Assembly (NCBI GenBank): GCA_963799675.1
Contig: CAWCXQ010000011.1
Span: forward strand, 21,043 to 85,042
Source of the DNA: an uncultured Chloroflexia bacterium
GTDB lineage: Bacteria > Chloroflexota > Limnocylindria > QHBO01
Direction: 5' to 3'
Length of the DNA: 64,000 bases
Shown here: positions 42,959-53,142 of the stretch, one piece after another
Position numbering within the stretch: the first letter of the stretch is position 1
Layout of the letters: every line of letters starts with the position of its first letter
Made by a program: the position numbers and the translations under genes
The notes under the pieces: model-generated
Seen by the model: the letters and a program-made list of their open reading frames with translations, nothing else
What the model was told of the DNA's origin: nothing
The model's database searches: none

Positions 42959-43723
42959 CTAGATCTCGCCGAGGTAGGCCTGGCGCACCTGCTCGTTGGC
43001 GGCGAGGTTCGCGGCGGAGTCCGCGAGGATGATCCGGCCGGTCTGCATGACGTACCCGCGATTGGCAACGTTGAGGGCCTGCAGCGCGTTCTGCTCGACC
43101 AGCAGGATCGTGATCCCCTGTCGGTTGATCTCGCGGATGATCTCGAAGATCTGCTGCACCAGGATCGGCGACAGGCCGAGCGACGGCTCGTCGAGGAGCA
43201 GCAGCGTGGGACGCGACATCATCGCGCGGCCGATCGCGAGCATCTGCTGCTCGCCGCCCGACAGGCTGCCGCCGCGCTGCTGGCGCCGCTCCGCCAGCCG
43301 GGGAAACAGGTCACAGACCTCGACGACGGTCTCCTCGATTTCAGCTCGGGTACGGGTGAAGCCGCCCATGTGCAGGTTCTCGAGGACCGTGAGACGCGAG
43401 AAGATGCGGCGTCCTTCGGGGGCGTGGCCGATCCCGAGCTTTGCCAGCTTGTAGGCGTCCACCTTCGTGATGTCCTGGCCATCGAAGAGGATGCGGCCGC
43501 TGCGAGCGGGCACGAGCCGGCTGATCGTTTTCAGGGTGGTGGTCTTGCCGGCACCGTTTGCGCCGATGAGCGTGACGATCTCGCCGCGGCCGACCCTGAT
43601 GCTCAGGTCGCGGAGCGCCTGGATGCGGCCGTAGAACGCATCGATATTCTCCAGGCGCAGGATGTCGCCGTCACTGGGCTCCGACGGACCCTCGTCCACG
43701 CGTGGCTCGACATCGGTCGTCAC
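42959..43723 (-). CDS. livF: Branched-chain amino acid ABC transporter ATP-binding protein
   Basis: 'LIGANGAGKTTTLKTISRLV', 'LSGGEQQMLAIGRAMMSRPTLLLLDEPSLGLSP'. Operon with livGMH. Confidence 0.9.
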   Translation of the reverse strand: MTTDVEPRVDEGPSEPSDGDILRLENIDAFYGRIQALRDLSIRVGRGEIVTLIGANGAGKTTTLKTISRLVPARSGRILFDGQDITKVDAYKLAKLGIGHAPEGRRIFSRLTVLENLHMGGFTRTRAEIEETVVEVCDLFPRLAERRQQRGGSLSGGEQQMLAIGRAMMSRPTLLLLDEPSLGLSPILVQQIFEIIREINRQGITILLVEQNALQALNVANRGYVMQTGRIILADSAANLAANEQVRQAYLGEI

Positions 43724-44751
43724 CCCGCCGGCGCTCCGAGGTAGGCCTCGATCACCTTCGGGTTTCGCCTGACCTCGTCCGGGGTACCCTCCGCGATCCG
43801 CTCACCGTGGTCGAGCACCGTGATCCAGTCGGAGATCCCCATGACCACGCGCATGTCGTGCTCGATGAGCAGGACGGTGAGCCCGAGGTCGTGCCGGAGG
43901 CGATTGATGAGAGCCGTCATATCCGCGGTCTCGCGGGGATTCATCCCGGCGGTCGGTTCGTCCAGGAGCAGCAGGGCCGGTTTGCAGGCGAGGGCCCGGG
44001 CCAGCTCGAGCCGCCGCTGATCGCCGTAGGGCAGGTTGCGAGCCAGCTCGTCGTCCCTGCCGTTGAGCCCCACCAGGCGGAGATACTCGCGAGCTTGCTT
44101 CCGCGCGAGCTCTTCCTCCTGCCTCTGCCTGCGGCTGCTGAGCAGGGCATCGACCGGTGACGACTTCAGCTGCAGATGCATGCCGACCAGCACGTTTTCC
44201 AGCGTGGTCATGTACTGGAAGAGCCTGATGTTCTGGAAGGTGCGGCCGACGCCGGCGCGGACCATATCGTTCGGGCGGGCGGTACGGAAGATGCCCATGG
44301 CTGCCATCGCTCGCTCGTACCAGGGCGGTCGTGCCAGGCCAGTCGGCAGGATCAGGGTGGCGAGCAGCAGGCTGACCATGGCCCAGAGCGCGATCGCCTG
44401 GATGTTTCCCCCGGAAACGGCGATGCCCAGGGCGACCACCAGCAGCGGCGGCACGAACCAGACCAGCGGCTCCACCCACGCGCGCGCCGGCGGAGCGATC
44501 ATCCGTTGGCCGCCGAGCTCGATCGAGCCATGCGTGGGCGGCAGGATCCCGGCGATCACGTTGAAAAAGGTCGTCTTTCCGGCGCCGTTCGGGCCGATCA
44601 GGCTGAAGATCGAGCCGCGCGGAATGTCGACGGTGATATTGCGCAGCGCGCTGAGACCGCCGAACTGCTTCGTGATCTCATGCGCGGACAGGATGACTTC
44701 GGGCTTATGCGGCTCCCACGCCCTCGGTTGTCGTGGCCACCGGCTGATCGC

Positions 44752-44755
<4 letters not shown>
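43720..44755 (-). pseudogene. livG: Branched-chain amino acid ABC transporter ATP-binding protein with a ~70-aa hydrophobic insertion (one frame break ~44700 as assembled)
   Basis: N-terminus 'MSDQPVATTTEGVGAA' then 'EVILSAHEITKQFGGLSALRNITVDIPRGSIFSLIGPNGAGKTTFFNVIAG' (own translation) joins ORF 43720..44559 ('...RTFQNIRLFQYMTTLENVLVG...[33 protein letters not shown]'). ATG 44755 overlaps the livM stop. Confidence 0.85.
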
Positions 44756-45914
<1,159 letters not shown>

Positions 45915-45918
<4 letters not shown>

Positions 45919-46943
45919 GCGCGTTCTCCCAAGGGCTGGCCGAGCAGCCCGGACGGGCGGAAGACGAGGACGAGGATGAGGACAGTGAAGACGAGCGCCT
46001 CGGACCAGCGGCTGAGCCCGACCACGATGGCACCGACCTCGATGAAGCCGATGATGAAGCCACCCAGCGCGGCACCAACGGTGTTGCCGATCCCGCCGAG
46101 CACGGCGGCGGTGAAGGCCTTGAGACCGGCGAAGAAGCCGATGTTGAACTGGATGTTGCCGAAGTAGAGGCCGTACACGATCCCTGCCGCACCGGCCAGC
46201 GCCGATCCGATGAAGAAGGTCACCGCGATGGTGAGATTGATGTCAACACCCATCAGCTGAGCCGCCTCGCGGTCCTGCGCGGTCGACCGCATGGCACGCC
46301 CGAGCCGCGTCCCGGTGACAAAGAGCTGCAGGCCAACCATGAGAACGACCGCGATCAGGAAGATGAGGACATTGAGGTACGCGATCGAGGCGCCAAGGAA
46401 GTCGAAGCGGTTGCTCAAGCTGATCAGCTGCGGAGATGGAACCTGCGAGTTCGTGAACACCTGGATGAAGTTCTGGAGGATGAATGAGACCCCGATCGCC
46501 GTGATGAGGGGTGCGAGACGGGGCGCGTTCCGAAGGGGACGATACGCAAAGCGCTCGATGCCGACCCCCAGCAGGCCCATCAGGATCATGGTGACTACGA
46601 AAACGAGGACCAGGACGCCGACCAGCAGCAGTGGATTGGAGATCGCTCCGTGGAAGCCGAGCGACGTCATTACAAACAGGCTCAGGAACGCGCCGACCAT
46701 GAAGACGTCGCCGTGGGCGAAGTTGATGAGCTCGATGATGCCGTAGACCATCGTGTAGCCCAGGGCGATGAGCGCGTAGACGGCGCCGATCGTCAGGGCG
46801 TTCAAGTACTGCTGCGTACCGGTGGCCACGATTGGCGTGATGTCCTTGCTTGCCGCGCCGATCCAGACGAGGGCGAGCATGAGGACCCAGCCGACGATGA
46901 GCGCCGCGATCGCAATGCCCAGGACCCGTAGCTGGCTCAGCAT
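45915..46943 (-). CDS. livH: Branched-chain amino acid ABC transporter permease
   Basis: Intact 342 aa. 'YALIALGYTMVYGIIELINFAHGDVFMVGAF', 'GNTVGAALGGFIIG'. Confidence 0.88.
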
Positions 46944-46979
46944 CCTGATCGTCCAGTCGTGCTGACGAAGGATTTGTGA

Positions 46980-47010
46980 GAAGGCCGGCGGGGATTACCC
47001 GCCGGCCTTC
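46980..47010 (-). terminator. Strong intercistronic hairpin between the binding-protein gene and livH (attenuating terminator / mRNA stabiliser)
   Basis: gaaggccggcggg-gatta-cccgccggccttc: a perfect 13-bp stem, 13 nt downstream of the 47023 stop. Confidence 0.6.
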
Positions 47011-47022
47011 CTATCGGCTGGT

Positions 47023-48318
47023 CTAGAGACCCGCTGCGAAGTCTTGCTGCTTGACGAAGACCCAGTTGCCCTTGCCATCCGCTCCGGCCGGATCGACCTT
47101 GTAGAACGAGATGAACTTCTGGCTCGAGTCGCCGTTCTCGTCGAAGTTGATCGAGCCCAGGACGGTCTCGAACTTGTTCGAGGTGGTGAACACGTACGCG
47201 CGCACAGCCTCGCGAAGGGCCGCCATGTCGCTGGCGCCGCCCGCTGACTTGTCGATCGCCTGCAACAGAACCTGGGTGCATGCATACGCAAGCGCACTGT
47301 ACGCGCCCGGGTCCTTCGAATACTCCGCCTTGTACTGAGAGGCGAAGGCTTCCGGATCGGGGATGTCGTGGATGCCCGCGACCGATCCGTACACATCGTG
47401 CGAGTTCTCGACGCCGGCCAGGGTGATGAAGGCACCCTCCGAGCCGCCGGTCCCGAGATCCGCGATGCCGTCAGGCCCGGTGAACGGGATGTCGCCCATC
47501 CCCGCCTGCACCATCTGCTTGCGGGCCAGGCCCCCGCCGGTCACCTGGGTGCCGCCGAAGTAGACGACCTCCGGGTTGAGCGCCTTGGCGGCGGTGAAGA
47601 ACGGCGTGTAATCGGTGGTCGACTTCGGCGCGCCGTCGCGCTTGAGGACCTTGCCGCCGAGCTTCTCGAACTCGGCAGACAACGAGTCCGCAACGCCCTT
47701 GCCGAACGCCTCGGTGTCGTCCATGACATAGGCCGTCTTCTTGCCGAGATCGTTGTAGTCGTACTGCGCCATGGCCGGACCCTGGATGTCGTCAGGGGTC
47801 GCGACGCGGAAGTAGTTGCGCTGGTCCGGCTTGCTCGGGCGGTACTGCTCGGATCCGGCCTTGGTCAGGTCGGTACCGGTATTTGCCGGGCTGCACTGCG
47901 CCAGGCCGGCCTCGTTGGTGACCGGGATCTCGGCGCGGGCGACGTTCGAGTTGAACGGTCCGACCATTCCGACCACGGCCTCGTCCGCCACCAGGGTGCC
48001 GGCGTTCGTGGCGCCCTGATCCGGGTTGTGGACGCCGTCCTTGGCGTCGTCCTGGATATTTACGTCAACGGTGTATCCACCGACTCCGCCCTTGTCATTG
48101 GCCTGCTTGACGGCGAGCTTTACACCGTTGAGGGTCGGCTCGCCGTTGGCGACCTCGCCTCCCGAGAGCGGCAGATCGACACCGATCTTGACGGTGCCCT
48201 TCGAGCCGCCTCCCCCGCTCGCATTGGCCGATGAGCTGGCCTGGCCAGCACCCTGGCACGCCGCGAGCAGGAGCAGCATGACGACCGGGATGGCCGTCAT
48301 CCGCAAGTACTTTTGCAT
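47023..48318 (-). CDS. Branched-chain amino acid ABC transporter substrate-binding lipoprotein (LivJ/K family)
   Basis: ATG 48318 is preceded by GGAGGAAG. Lipobox 'LLLLAAC'. 'VKIGVDLPLSGGEVANGE', 'VGMVGPFNSNVA'. The track ORF extends to 48393. Confidence 0.85.
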   Translation of the reverse strand: MQKYLRMTAIPVVMLLLLAACQGAGQASSSANASGGGGSKGTVKIGVDLPLSGGEVANGEPTLNGVKLAVKQANDKGGVGGYTVDVNIQDDAKDGVHNPDQGATNAGTLVADEAVVGMVGPFNSNVARAEIPVTNEAGLAQCSPANTGTDLTKAGSEQYRPSKPDQRNYFRVATPDDIQGPAMAQYDYNDLGKKTAYVMDDTEAFGKGVADSLSAEFEKLGGKVLKRDGAPKSTTDYTPFFTAAKALNPEVVYFGGTQVTGGGLARKQMVQAGMGDIPFTGPDGIADLGTGGSEGAFITLAGVENSHDVYGSVAGIHDIPDPEAFASQYKAEYSKDPGAYSALAYACTQVLLQAIDKSAGGASDMAALREAVRAYVFTTSNKFETVLGSINFDENGDSSQKFISFYKVDPAGADGKGNWVFVKQQDFAAGL

Positions 48319-48388
48319 CCGGTTCTTCCTCCAATGGTTTGCGCGGGAGAGATCCGGCGCAGCGCGCGGCCCGCGTCGAGTGGCGCGC

Positions 48389-48418
48389 ATCATACCGGCG
48401 CCTACCTTATAGGCGCAA
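48389..48418 (-). promoter_or_regulatory. Putative liv operon promoter (TTGCGC-18-TATGAT) with a 7-bp-arm inverted repeat in the spacer
   Basis: Minus strand reads TTGCGCctataaggtaggcgccggTATGAT. The inverted repeat GCGCCTA-taagg-TAGGCGC is at 48398..48416. ~70 nt upstream of ATG 48318. Confidence 0.35.
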
Positions 48419-48476
48419 TACTTTGGGGGAGTTCAGAGCGTTGCCGGCCCGAGGTGCTATCCTTGGCCGGGTCGTC

Positions 48477-48962
48477 ATGCAGCCGGAGTGCGCTGCGTCT
48501 CGCTCCCGAGAGGCACACGTGGAGTTTCACGTCCGCAGCGCCAGCCTCACCGACCTCGACGCTTCGATCCGCCTTGTGCGGCGCGATCCGCCGGATCCAG
48601 GGTCTGGACGCCAGGACGCCGACTTCCTGCGCAATATGCTGTACGTCCCCGCTGCGACGGTCGTCGTCGCGGAGGCGGAACGGCGAATCGTGGGAGCCGG
48701 AGTGCTCTGCATCAGGCCATCGGTGGGCTCCGGGCCGTTCGTCGGTACGATCGACGAGCTCGGCACCGCGCATATCGGTCTTGACGACCCCGGTCGCCTG
48801 GCGGTTGGCTGCTCGCTCGTCGAGCACCTCGTCAGATCGGCAAGAAACAAGGGTTGTACGCGCGTGGAGGTAGCCGAGCCGCTGGCATCCGCCGAACCGA
48901 CGCTCTGGGAGCAGACCGGGTTCGCGAGCCGCGGAGCCCTCTTGAGCCGCCCCGTCAGCTGA
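48477..48962 (+). CDS. GNAT family N-acetyltransferase
   Basis: 'VVVAEAERRIVGAGVL...' and 'AVGCSLVEHLVRSARNKGCTRVEV' (acetyl-CoA binding region). Internal ATG 48477 of ORF 48339..48962. Confidence 0.65.
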   Translation: MQPECAASRSREAHVEFHVRSASLTDLDASIRLVRRDPPDPGSGRQDADFLRNMLYVPAATVVVAEAERRIVGAGVLCIRPSVGSGPFVGTIDELGTAHIGLDDPGRLAVGCSLVEHLVRSARNKGCTRVEVAEPLASAEPTLWEQTGFASRGALLSRPVS

Positions 48963-49023
48963 CGAGGCGCCAGGGCCAGGCACCCGCGCAACGACCAATC
49001 AATCAGAAACTTTGGAGATTCTC

Positions 49024-50412
49024 TTGAGCAAGAACGTGGCGATGTTTGTTGACGTCGCCAACATGTACTACGCGGCGCGAGGCCAGGATGTCGACGTCGA
49101 TTACGTCGCCCTGCTGAAGCACGCGACCAAGGGGCGCGACCTCATTCGCGCCTACGCCTACACCGGGCTCGACCCGGAGAACGAAAATCAACGCAAATTC
49201 ATCGATTTCCTGGCGAAGAACGGCTACAAGCCGGTCGTCAAGGATATCCGCAAGTTCGGCGACGGCCGTGTCAAGGCCAATCTCGACATCGAGCTCGTCG
49301 TCGATCTCTTCCGGCTCCAGGACCGCATGGACGTGGCCGTCATCGTCTCCGGCGACGGGGACTTCGCGCCCGCGATCCGGGCACTGCAGGACGTCGGGGT
49401 CCGCTGCGAGGTGATCAGCTTCCGGCCGAACACGAGCTCGGACCTGATCGCGGTCGCGGACGAATTCTTCGACATCATGAAGGTCGCCAGCATCAGCCGG
49501 AAGCGTGACGAAAAGGCGCCGGTCATGCCCGAGATGCCGGCCAAGGAGAGCGCGCCGGAGTTCGGCTTCCGCGATGCCTCGCCGGCCGTGGCGGCCGCGG
49601 CGCTCGCCGCCCTCAAGTCGGGCAACGGGGCCGCGCGCACCTCGCGCGGTGGCAGACCGGCGCGCCGGCCGGCCGAACCGCCGGCGGAGAGTTCGGAGGC
49701 CGAGGCTCCAATCGCTGCGATCGCCATCGAGGACGGCAGCGCAACGGAGGCCGGGGAGGTCCGTAGACGCCGACGACGTCGGGGCGGACGGGGGCGTGGC
49801 CGCGGCCGAGGTCGAGAGGGCGGTGCGGACGAGGGAACGGCGCAGGAGGCCGCGTCCGAGGCCGCTCCCGAGATCGGATGGCAGGAGTTTGACGATCTGT
49901 CCCAGCTGGAGGGCCTTGAGGAGGAGCGGGAATACACGTTCGAGGAGGCCGATCCGGAGACGCTGGCCGAGCTCGGCCTGATCGACGAGCCTGCGATCTC
50001 GGAGCCCGCCGCGGAGACGGCCGGGGAGCCGGAGGCGAAGGCCGCGAGGCCCCGTGGCCGCGGTCGCGCCGCGTCGACTCCACGGTCGCGCGCACCCGCG
50101 GCCACCACCAGCGACGAGCCCAAGCCGCGCCGCCGTCGGCCTGCAGCGACGAAGGAGCCGACCGCCGAGGGGTCAGCCGAACCGCCCAAGGCTCGCCGAC
50201 GGAGCCGTTCAGCCGCTGCACGCCGCGGCGGAGGCCGAGCCTGCCGACGCGCCCGATCAGGAGGCGCCCGCAAAGCCACGACGGCGAACGCGGTCTGCGG
50301 CTGCGGGCGATACCGCGTCCCCCTCCTCAGAGGAGCAGCCTCAGGGGATCTGGCAGCGCTTCCGCTCCGCCCGGGAGAACACGCCGGGGAGCTGAGCCAG
50401 CCGAGAGCCTGA
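49024..50412 (+). CDS. NYN/LabA-like (PIN-fold) domain protein with a ~300-aa low-complexity Arg/Ala/Glu/Pro-rich tail
   Basis: 'VAMFVDVANMYYAARG', 'DIELVVD', 'AVIVSGDGDFAPAIRALQDVGVRCEVISF'. TTG 49024 follows GGAG. Tail contains '[20 protein letters not shown]'. Possible frame break ~50215; the alternative end at 50395 reads '...EEQPQGIWQRFRSARENTPGS*'. Confidence 0.75.
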   Translation: MSKNVAMFVDVANMYYAARGQDVDVDYVALLKHATKGRDLIRAYAYTGLDPENENQRKFIDFLAKNGYKPVVKDIRKFGDGRVKANLDIELVVDLFRLQDRMDVAVIVSGDGDFAPAIRALQDVGVRCEVISFRPNTSSDLIAVADEFFDIMKVASISRKRDEKAPVMPEMPAKESAPEFGFRDASPAVAAAALAALKSGNGAARTSRGGRPARRPAEPPAESSEAEAPIAAIAIEDGSATEAGEVRRRRRRRGGRGRGRGRGREGGADEGTAQEAASEAAPEIGWQEFDDLSQLEGLEEEREYTFEEADPETLAELGLIDEPAISEPAAETAGEPEAKAARPRGRGRAASTPRSRAPAATTSDEPKPRRRRPAATKEPTAEGSAEPPKARRRSRSAAARRGGGRACRRARSGGARKATTANAVCGCGRYRVPLLRGAASGDLAALPLRPGEHAGELSQPRA

Positions 50413-50422
50413 TGGCAACGAA

Positions 50423-50447
50423 AGAGGCCGGTCGTCGACCGGCCTCT
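50423..50447. terminator. Bidirectional terminator hairpin between convergent genes
   Basis: agaggccggtcg-t-cgaccggcctct, a 12-nt palindromic arm between the stop(s) at 50395/50412 and the stop at 50466. Confidence 0.6.
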
Positions 50448-50465
50448 CGTCGTCTGCGCAGCAGG

Positions 50466-51203
50466 TCAGATCTGCGGCTCTGATGCCTCGTCCCCGATGG
50501 CCTCGTTCACGATGGGCTCGTCCACGATGAGGTCGTCCACGATGGGGTCGGGGACGATGGGCTCGGGCACCTCGGCGACGACGGGGACCTCCGCGGCGCC
50601 CGCCCCGTTGGTCTTCTCGGCCTCGCGCTCAAAGAGCGGAGCCCAATCCGTCTCTCGGGCGCGGTTTGCGATCTGCTGGCCGACCTCCTCGGCGCGCGAC
50701 TGAACCTCGCTCGCCTTGGTCGCGAGCTCCGCGCGCATCTGGCGCCCGGCCTTCGGGGTCGTCAGAAGCGCCACCACGGCGCCGGCCGCCGCACCGATCA
50801 GGAGTCCGAGGAAGAACGCACCCCAGTGCCGCTGCTCGCGACGCTGCTGTCGTCGCAGCCGCGCCGCGGCGCTCTCAACGAGCTCACGCCCCACCGGGAC
50901 CGCGGCACCCGCAGCACCGATCGCCACCGACCGGCGCTTCCAGAGGTCGCGGATGGTCGGACGGATCTCGCGGCGCCATGTGCGGTCGACCGTCTTCAGT
51001 GCATCCCGTCGGGCAGGCGCGCTGTCGCGCCACATTTCATGGGCCCGGTCGGCGGCGGCGCTCGTCCCGTCGGCGACGAGCGAAGCGAGGTCCTGGCCGC
51101 GCTCGGAGATCTGCTTGCGGATATCGGCCTCGAGCACTCGGTCGATCATCGTGCGGATATTGTCGGGAAGCTCTTCGGCCACCTTTGCCGGTCCGCTGGC
51201 CAT
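50466..51203 (-). CDS. YtxH domain-containing protein with coiled-coil regions and a (D/E)PIV-repeat tail
   Basis: ATG 51203 is preceded by GAGGAG. 'FFLGLLIGAAAGAVVALLTTPKAGRQMRAEL' is YtxH-like. C-terminus 'PEPIVPDPIVDDLIVDEPIVNEAIG'. Confidence 0.6.
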   Translation of the reverse strand: MASGPAKVAEELPDNIRTMIDRVLEADIRKQISERGQDLASLVADGTSAAADRAHEMWRDSAPARRDALKTVDRTWRREIRPTIRDLWKRRSVAIGAAGAAVPVGRELVESAAARLRRQQRREQRHWGAFFLGLLIGAAAGAVVALLTTPKAGRQMRAELATKASEVQSRAEEVGQQIANRARETDWAPLFEREAEKTNGAGAAEVPVVAEVPEPIVPDPIVDDLIVDEPIVNEAIGDEASEPQI

Positions 51204-51431
51204 CGTGTTACTCCTCATCGTGCGGCCCTGCGTGGGGTGCACGAAGTATGCCACTCGGGTGTCATGGCGCTCCGCGGGCCGCCTCACATCCAGGGGATCC
51301 GGTAGCCGGCCGGCCGCCTGCGCGACGTGCCCGCGGCGACCCGGCGGAGCATGCTGAGGCAACCTGCAGGATGCGACCCCAGGCCTGATCGAGGGCTTAC
51401 CCGCGGCTTACCGACCTATACTCGGCCGGCG

Positions 51432-52547
51432 ATGACCACGGATCTCGAACCGGGCTTTCAGAGCCTGGGCCAGGCGACAGCGCGCGCCATCGCCACCCGG
51501 GCCGCCCGCGATGGCAGGCTCCAGCGCAGCCTCCTGGTCCATGGAGCTGCGGGTTCTGGCAAGGACGCTTTCGTGGACGACCTCCTTGCCCTGCTCTTCT
51601 GCATGGACCCCGATCCGGAACGGCGACCGTGCAACGCGTGCCGAGGGTGTCGGGACGCGCGTGGGCGGGCCCACCCGGACCTCGTGATCGGCTCGCCGGA
51701 GCGCTGGCGCGAAGAGCGCTCCTCTGCCGAGAGCATCGTGTCTGCGGCCCGTCGCTGGCTGCTGGAGGCGGCCGGTGCGCCGGTGGTTGCCGAGCGCCGC
51801 ATCCTCCTCATCGAGCATGCCGACGCCGCGAACGAGCAGATTCAGAATGCCCTCCTGAAGGTGCTCGAGGAACCGAGCGCGCGGCACATGTTCATCCTCG
51901 TGGCTGACGAGCCGAGCCGGCTGCTGCCAACCGTTCGCTCCCGCTGCCAGCCGTTGCGCATCGGGCCGGTGCCGCGCCGTGAGCTGGCCGGGTGGCTGAT
52001 GGACCGCCACCGCGTTGCCGCCGACCAGGCCGATACGCTCGCGCGGCTCTCAGGTGGCCTGAGCGGCGTTGCAGCGGCCTACGCGCTGGAGCCCGATCGG
52101 ATCGCGTGGCGCCGGCGCGCACAGGCTGAGCTATTGGGCCTGCTGGGACGAGGGGTCGCCGATCGCTTCGGATCTGTCCGCGACCTTCTCGACGACGCGA
52201 GCCGCCAGGGCTCGCCCGTGCCCGAGGTGACGGGCGCAGGCGACGAGGAATCGGAATCGGTCAGGGCGCTGCCGGCCGTCCAACGGCACGGCGCCCAGCG
52301 CCTGACGGCGGCCTGGCTGGAGCTGAGTCGCGACCTGCTGATGGTCTCGCTTGGCCGCCCCGACCTCGCCTCCGCAGCGGAGCTGGTGCCCGGACTCCCC
52401 GAGCTGGCGCGCCGGATCGCGCCGACCGCGTGGGTGCGGTTCATCCGGCACCTTGAACGCGTCCACGAGGGCCTCCGAGAGAACGGTGCACCCCGCCTGG
52501 CGATCGAGGTTGCCATGCTCGAGTGGCCCTCGCTCGACCCGCGGTGA
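51432..52547 (+). CDS. holB: DNA polymerase III subunit delta'
   Basis: 'LLVHGAAGSGKDAF', 'CNACRGCRD', 'ILLIEHADAANEQIQNALLKVLEEPSARHMFILV', 'LLPTVRSRCQPLRIGPV'. ATG 51432 within ORF 51327..52547. Confidence 0.85.
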   Translation: MTTDLEPGFQSLGQATARAIATRAARDGRLQRSLLVHGAAGSGKDAFVDDLLALLFCMDPDPERRPCNACRGCRDARGRAHPDLVIGSPERWREERSSAESIVSAARRWLLEAAGAPVVAERRILLIEHADAANEQIQNALLKVLEEPSARHMFILVADEPSRLLPTVRSRCQPLRIGPVPRRELAGWLMDRHRVAADQADTLARLSGGLSGVAAAYALEPDRIAWRRRAQAELLGLLGRGVADRFGSVRDLLDDASRQGSPVPEVTGAGDEESESVRALPAVQRHGAQRLTAAWLELSRDLLMVSLGRPDLASAAELVPGLPELARRIAPTAWVRFIRHLERVHEGLRENGAPRLAIEVAMLEWPSLDPR

Positions 52548-52837
52548 GCCCGACCACGAATGAACGGCTCACCGCGCGGGTGGTCGGCCGCGTCCAGGGG
52601 GTCGGATTCCGCTGGTGGACCCTGCACCAGGCACGGGAGCTGGGGCTCACAGGGTGGGTGATGAATGACCACGACGAGCGAACCGTGGAGGTCGTGGCCG
52701 AGGGCCGAACGGAAAGCCTGGATGAGCTCGAACGCCGCCTTCGAGACGGCGCGCCCGGCTCCCATGTCGATGCCGTCGAGGTGCGGCGCTCGCCGGCGAG
52801 TGGCGAGTTCACGCGCTTCGGGATCATGCGTTCGTGA
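52544..52837 (+). CDS. acyP: Acylphosphatase
   Basis: 'VVGRVQGVGFRWWTLHQARELGLTGWVMNDHDERTVEVVAEG'. GTG 52544 overlaps the holB stop; alternative GTG at 52523. Confidence 0.85.
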   Translation: MSPTTNERLTARVVGRVQGVGFRWWTLHQARELGLTGWVMNDHDERTVEVVAEGRTESLDELERRLRDGAPGSHVDAVEVRRSPASGEFTRFGIMRS

Positions 52838-53142
52838 ATGGGCGCGCCATCGGCTGCGCCGTCCTCGGCGTCGTTCTCTTCGTGGGCATCGGTCTTCTCG
52901 GGCTGTCAATGGCCACCACCCGCGCGGGCTGCCCCGCACGCCTGCAATGGGACGCGCAGGGCTACCAGGCGGTGGGCACCCCGGCACCGTCGCCGTTTGC
53001 AGGATCGGAGTCGATCGGCTCGACCTTCGTCGGACTTACCACGCGGCGCACGTATGCGATTCCGTCGGGCTCCGCCAGGCCCGACCGACTCGCGTTCGAG
53101 TGCGGTGACGGCAGCTACCAGACCTACCGGCAGGCCCCGTGA
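52834..53142 (+). CDS. Hypothetical secreted/anchored small protein
   Basis: 102 aa with an N-terminal hydrophobic segment 'AIGCAVLGVVLFVGIGLLGL'. Coupled to its neighbours by overlapping stop/start codons. Confidence 0.45.
   Translation: MNGRAIGCAVLGVVLFVGIGLLGLSMATTRAGCPARLQWDAQGYQAVGTPAPSPFAGSESIGSTFVGLTTRRTYAIPSGSARPDRLAFECGDGSYQTYRQAP

Noticed and set aside
49650-50350. Highly repetitive GC-rich DNA, considered as a tandem-repeat or CRISPR-like array
   Set aside because: There is no regular repeat-spacer periodicity. The repetitiveness reflects low-complexity Arg/Ala/Glu/Pro codons of the NYN-protein tail.
50497-50580. ~15-nt periodic DNA repeats (gtccacgatgggctc-like)
   Set aside because: They encode the (D/E)PIV peptide repeats at the C-terminus of the YtxH protein (50466..51203). 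This is a coding repeat, not an independent element.
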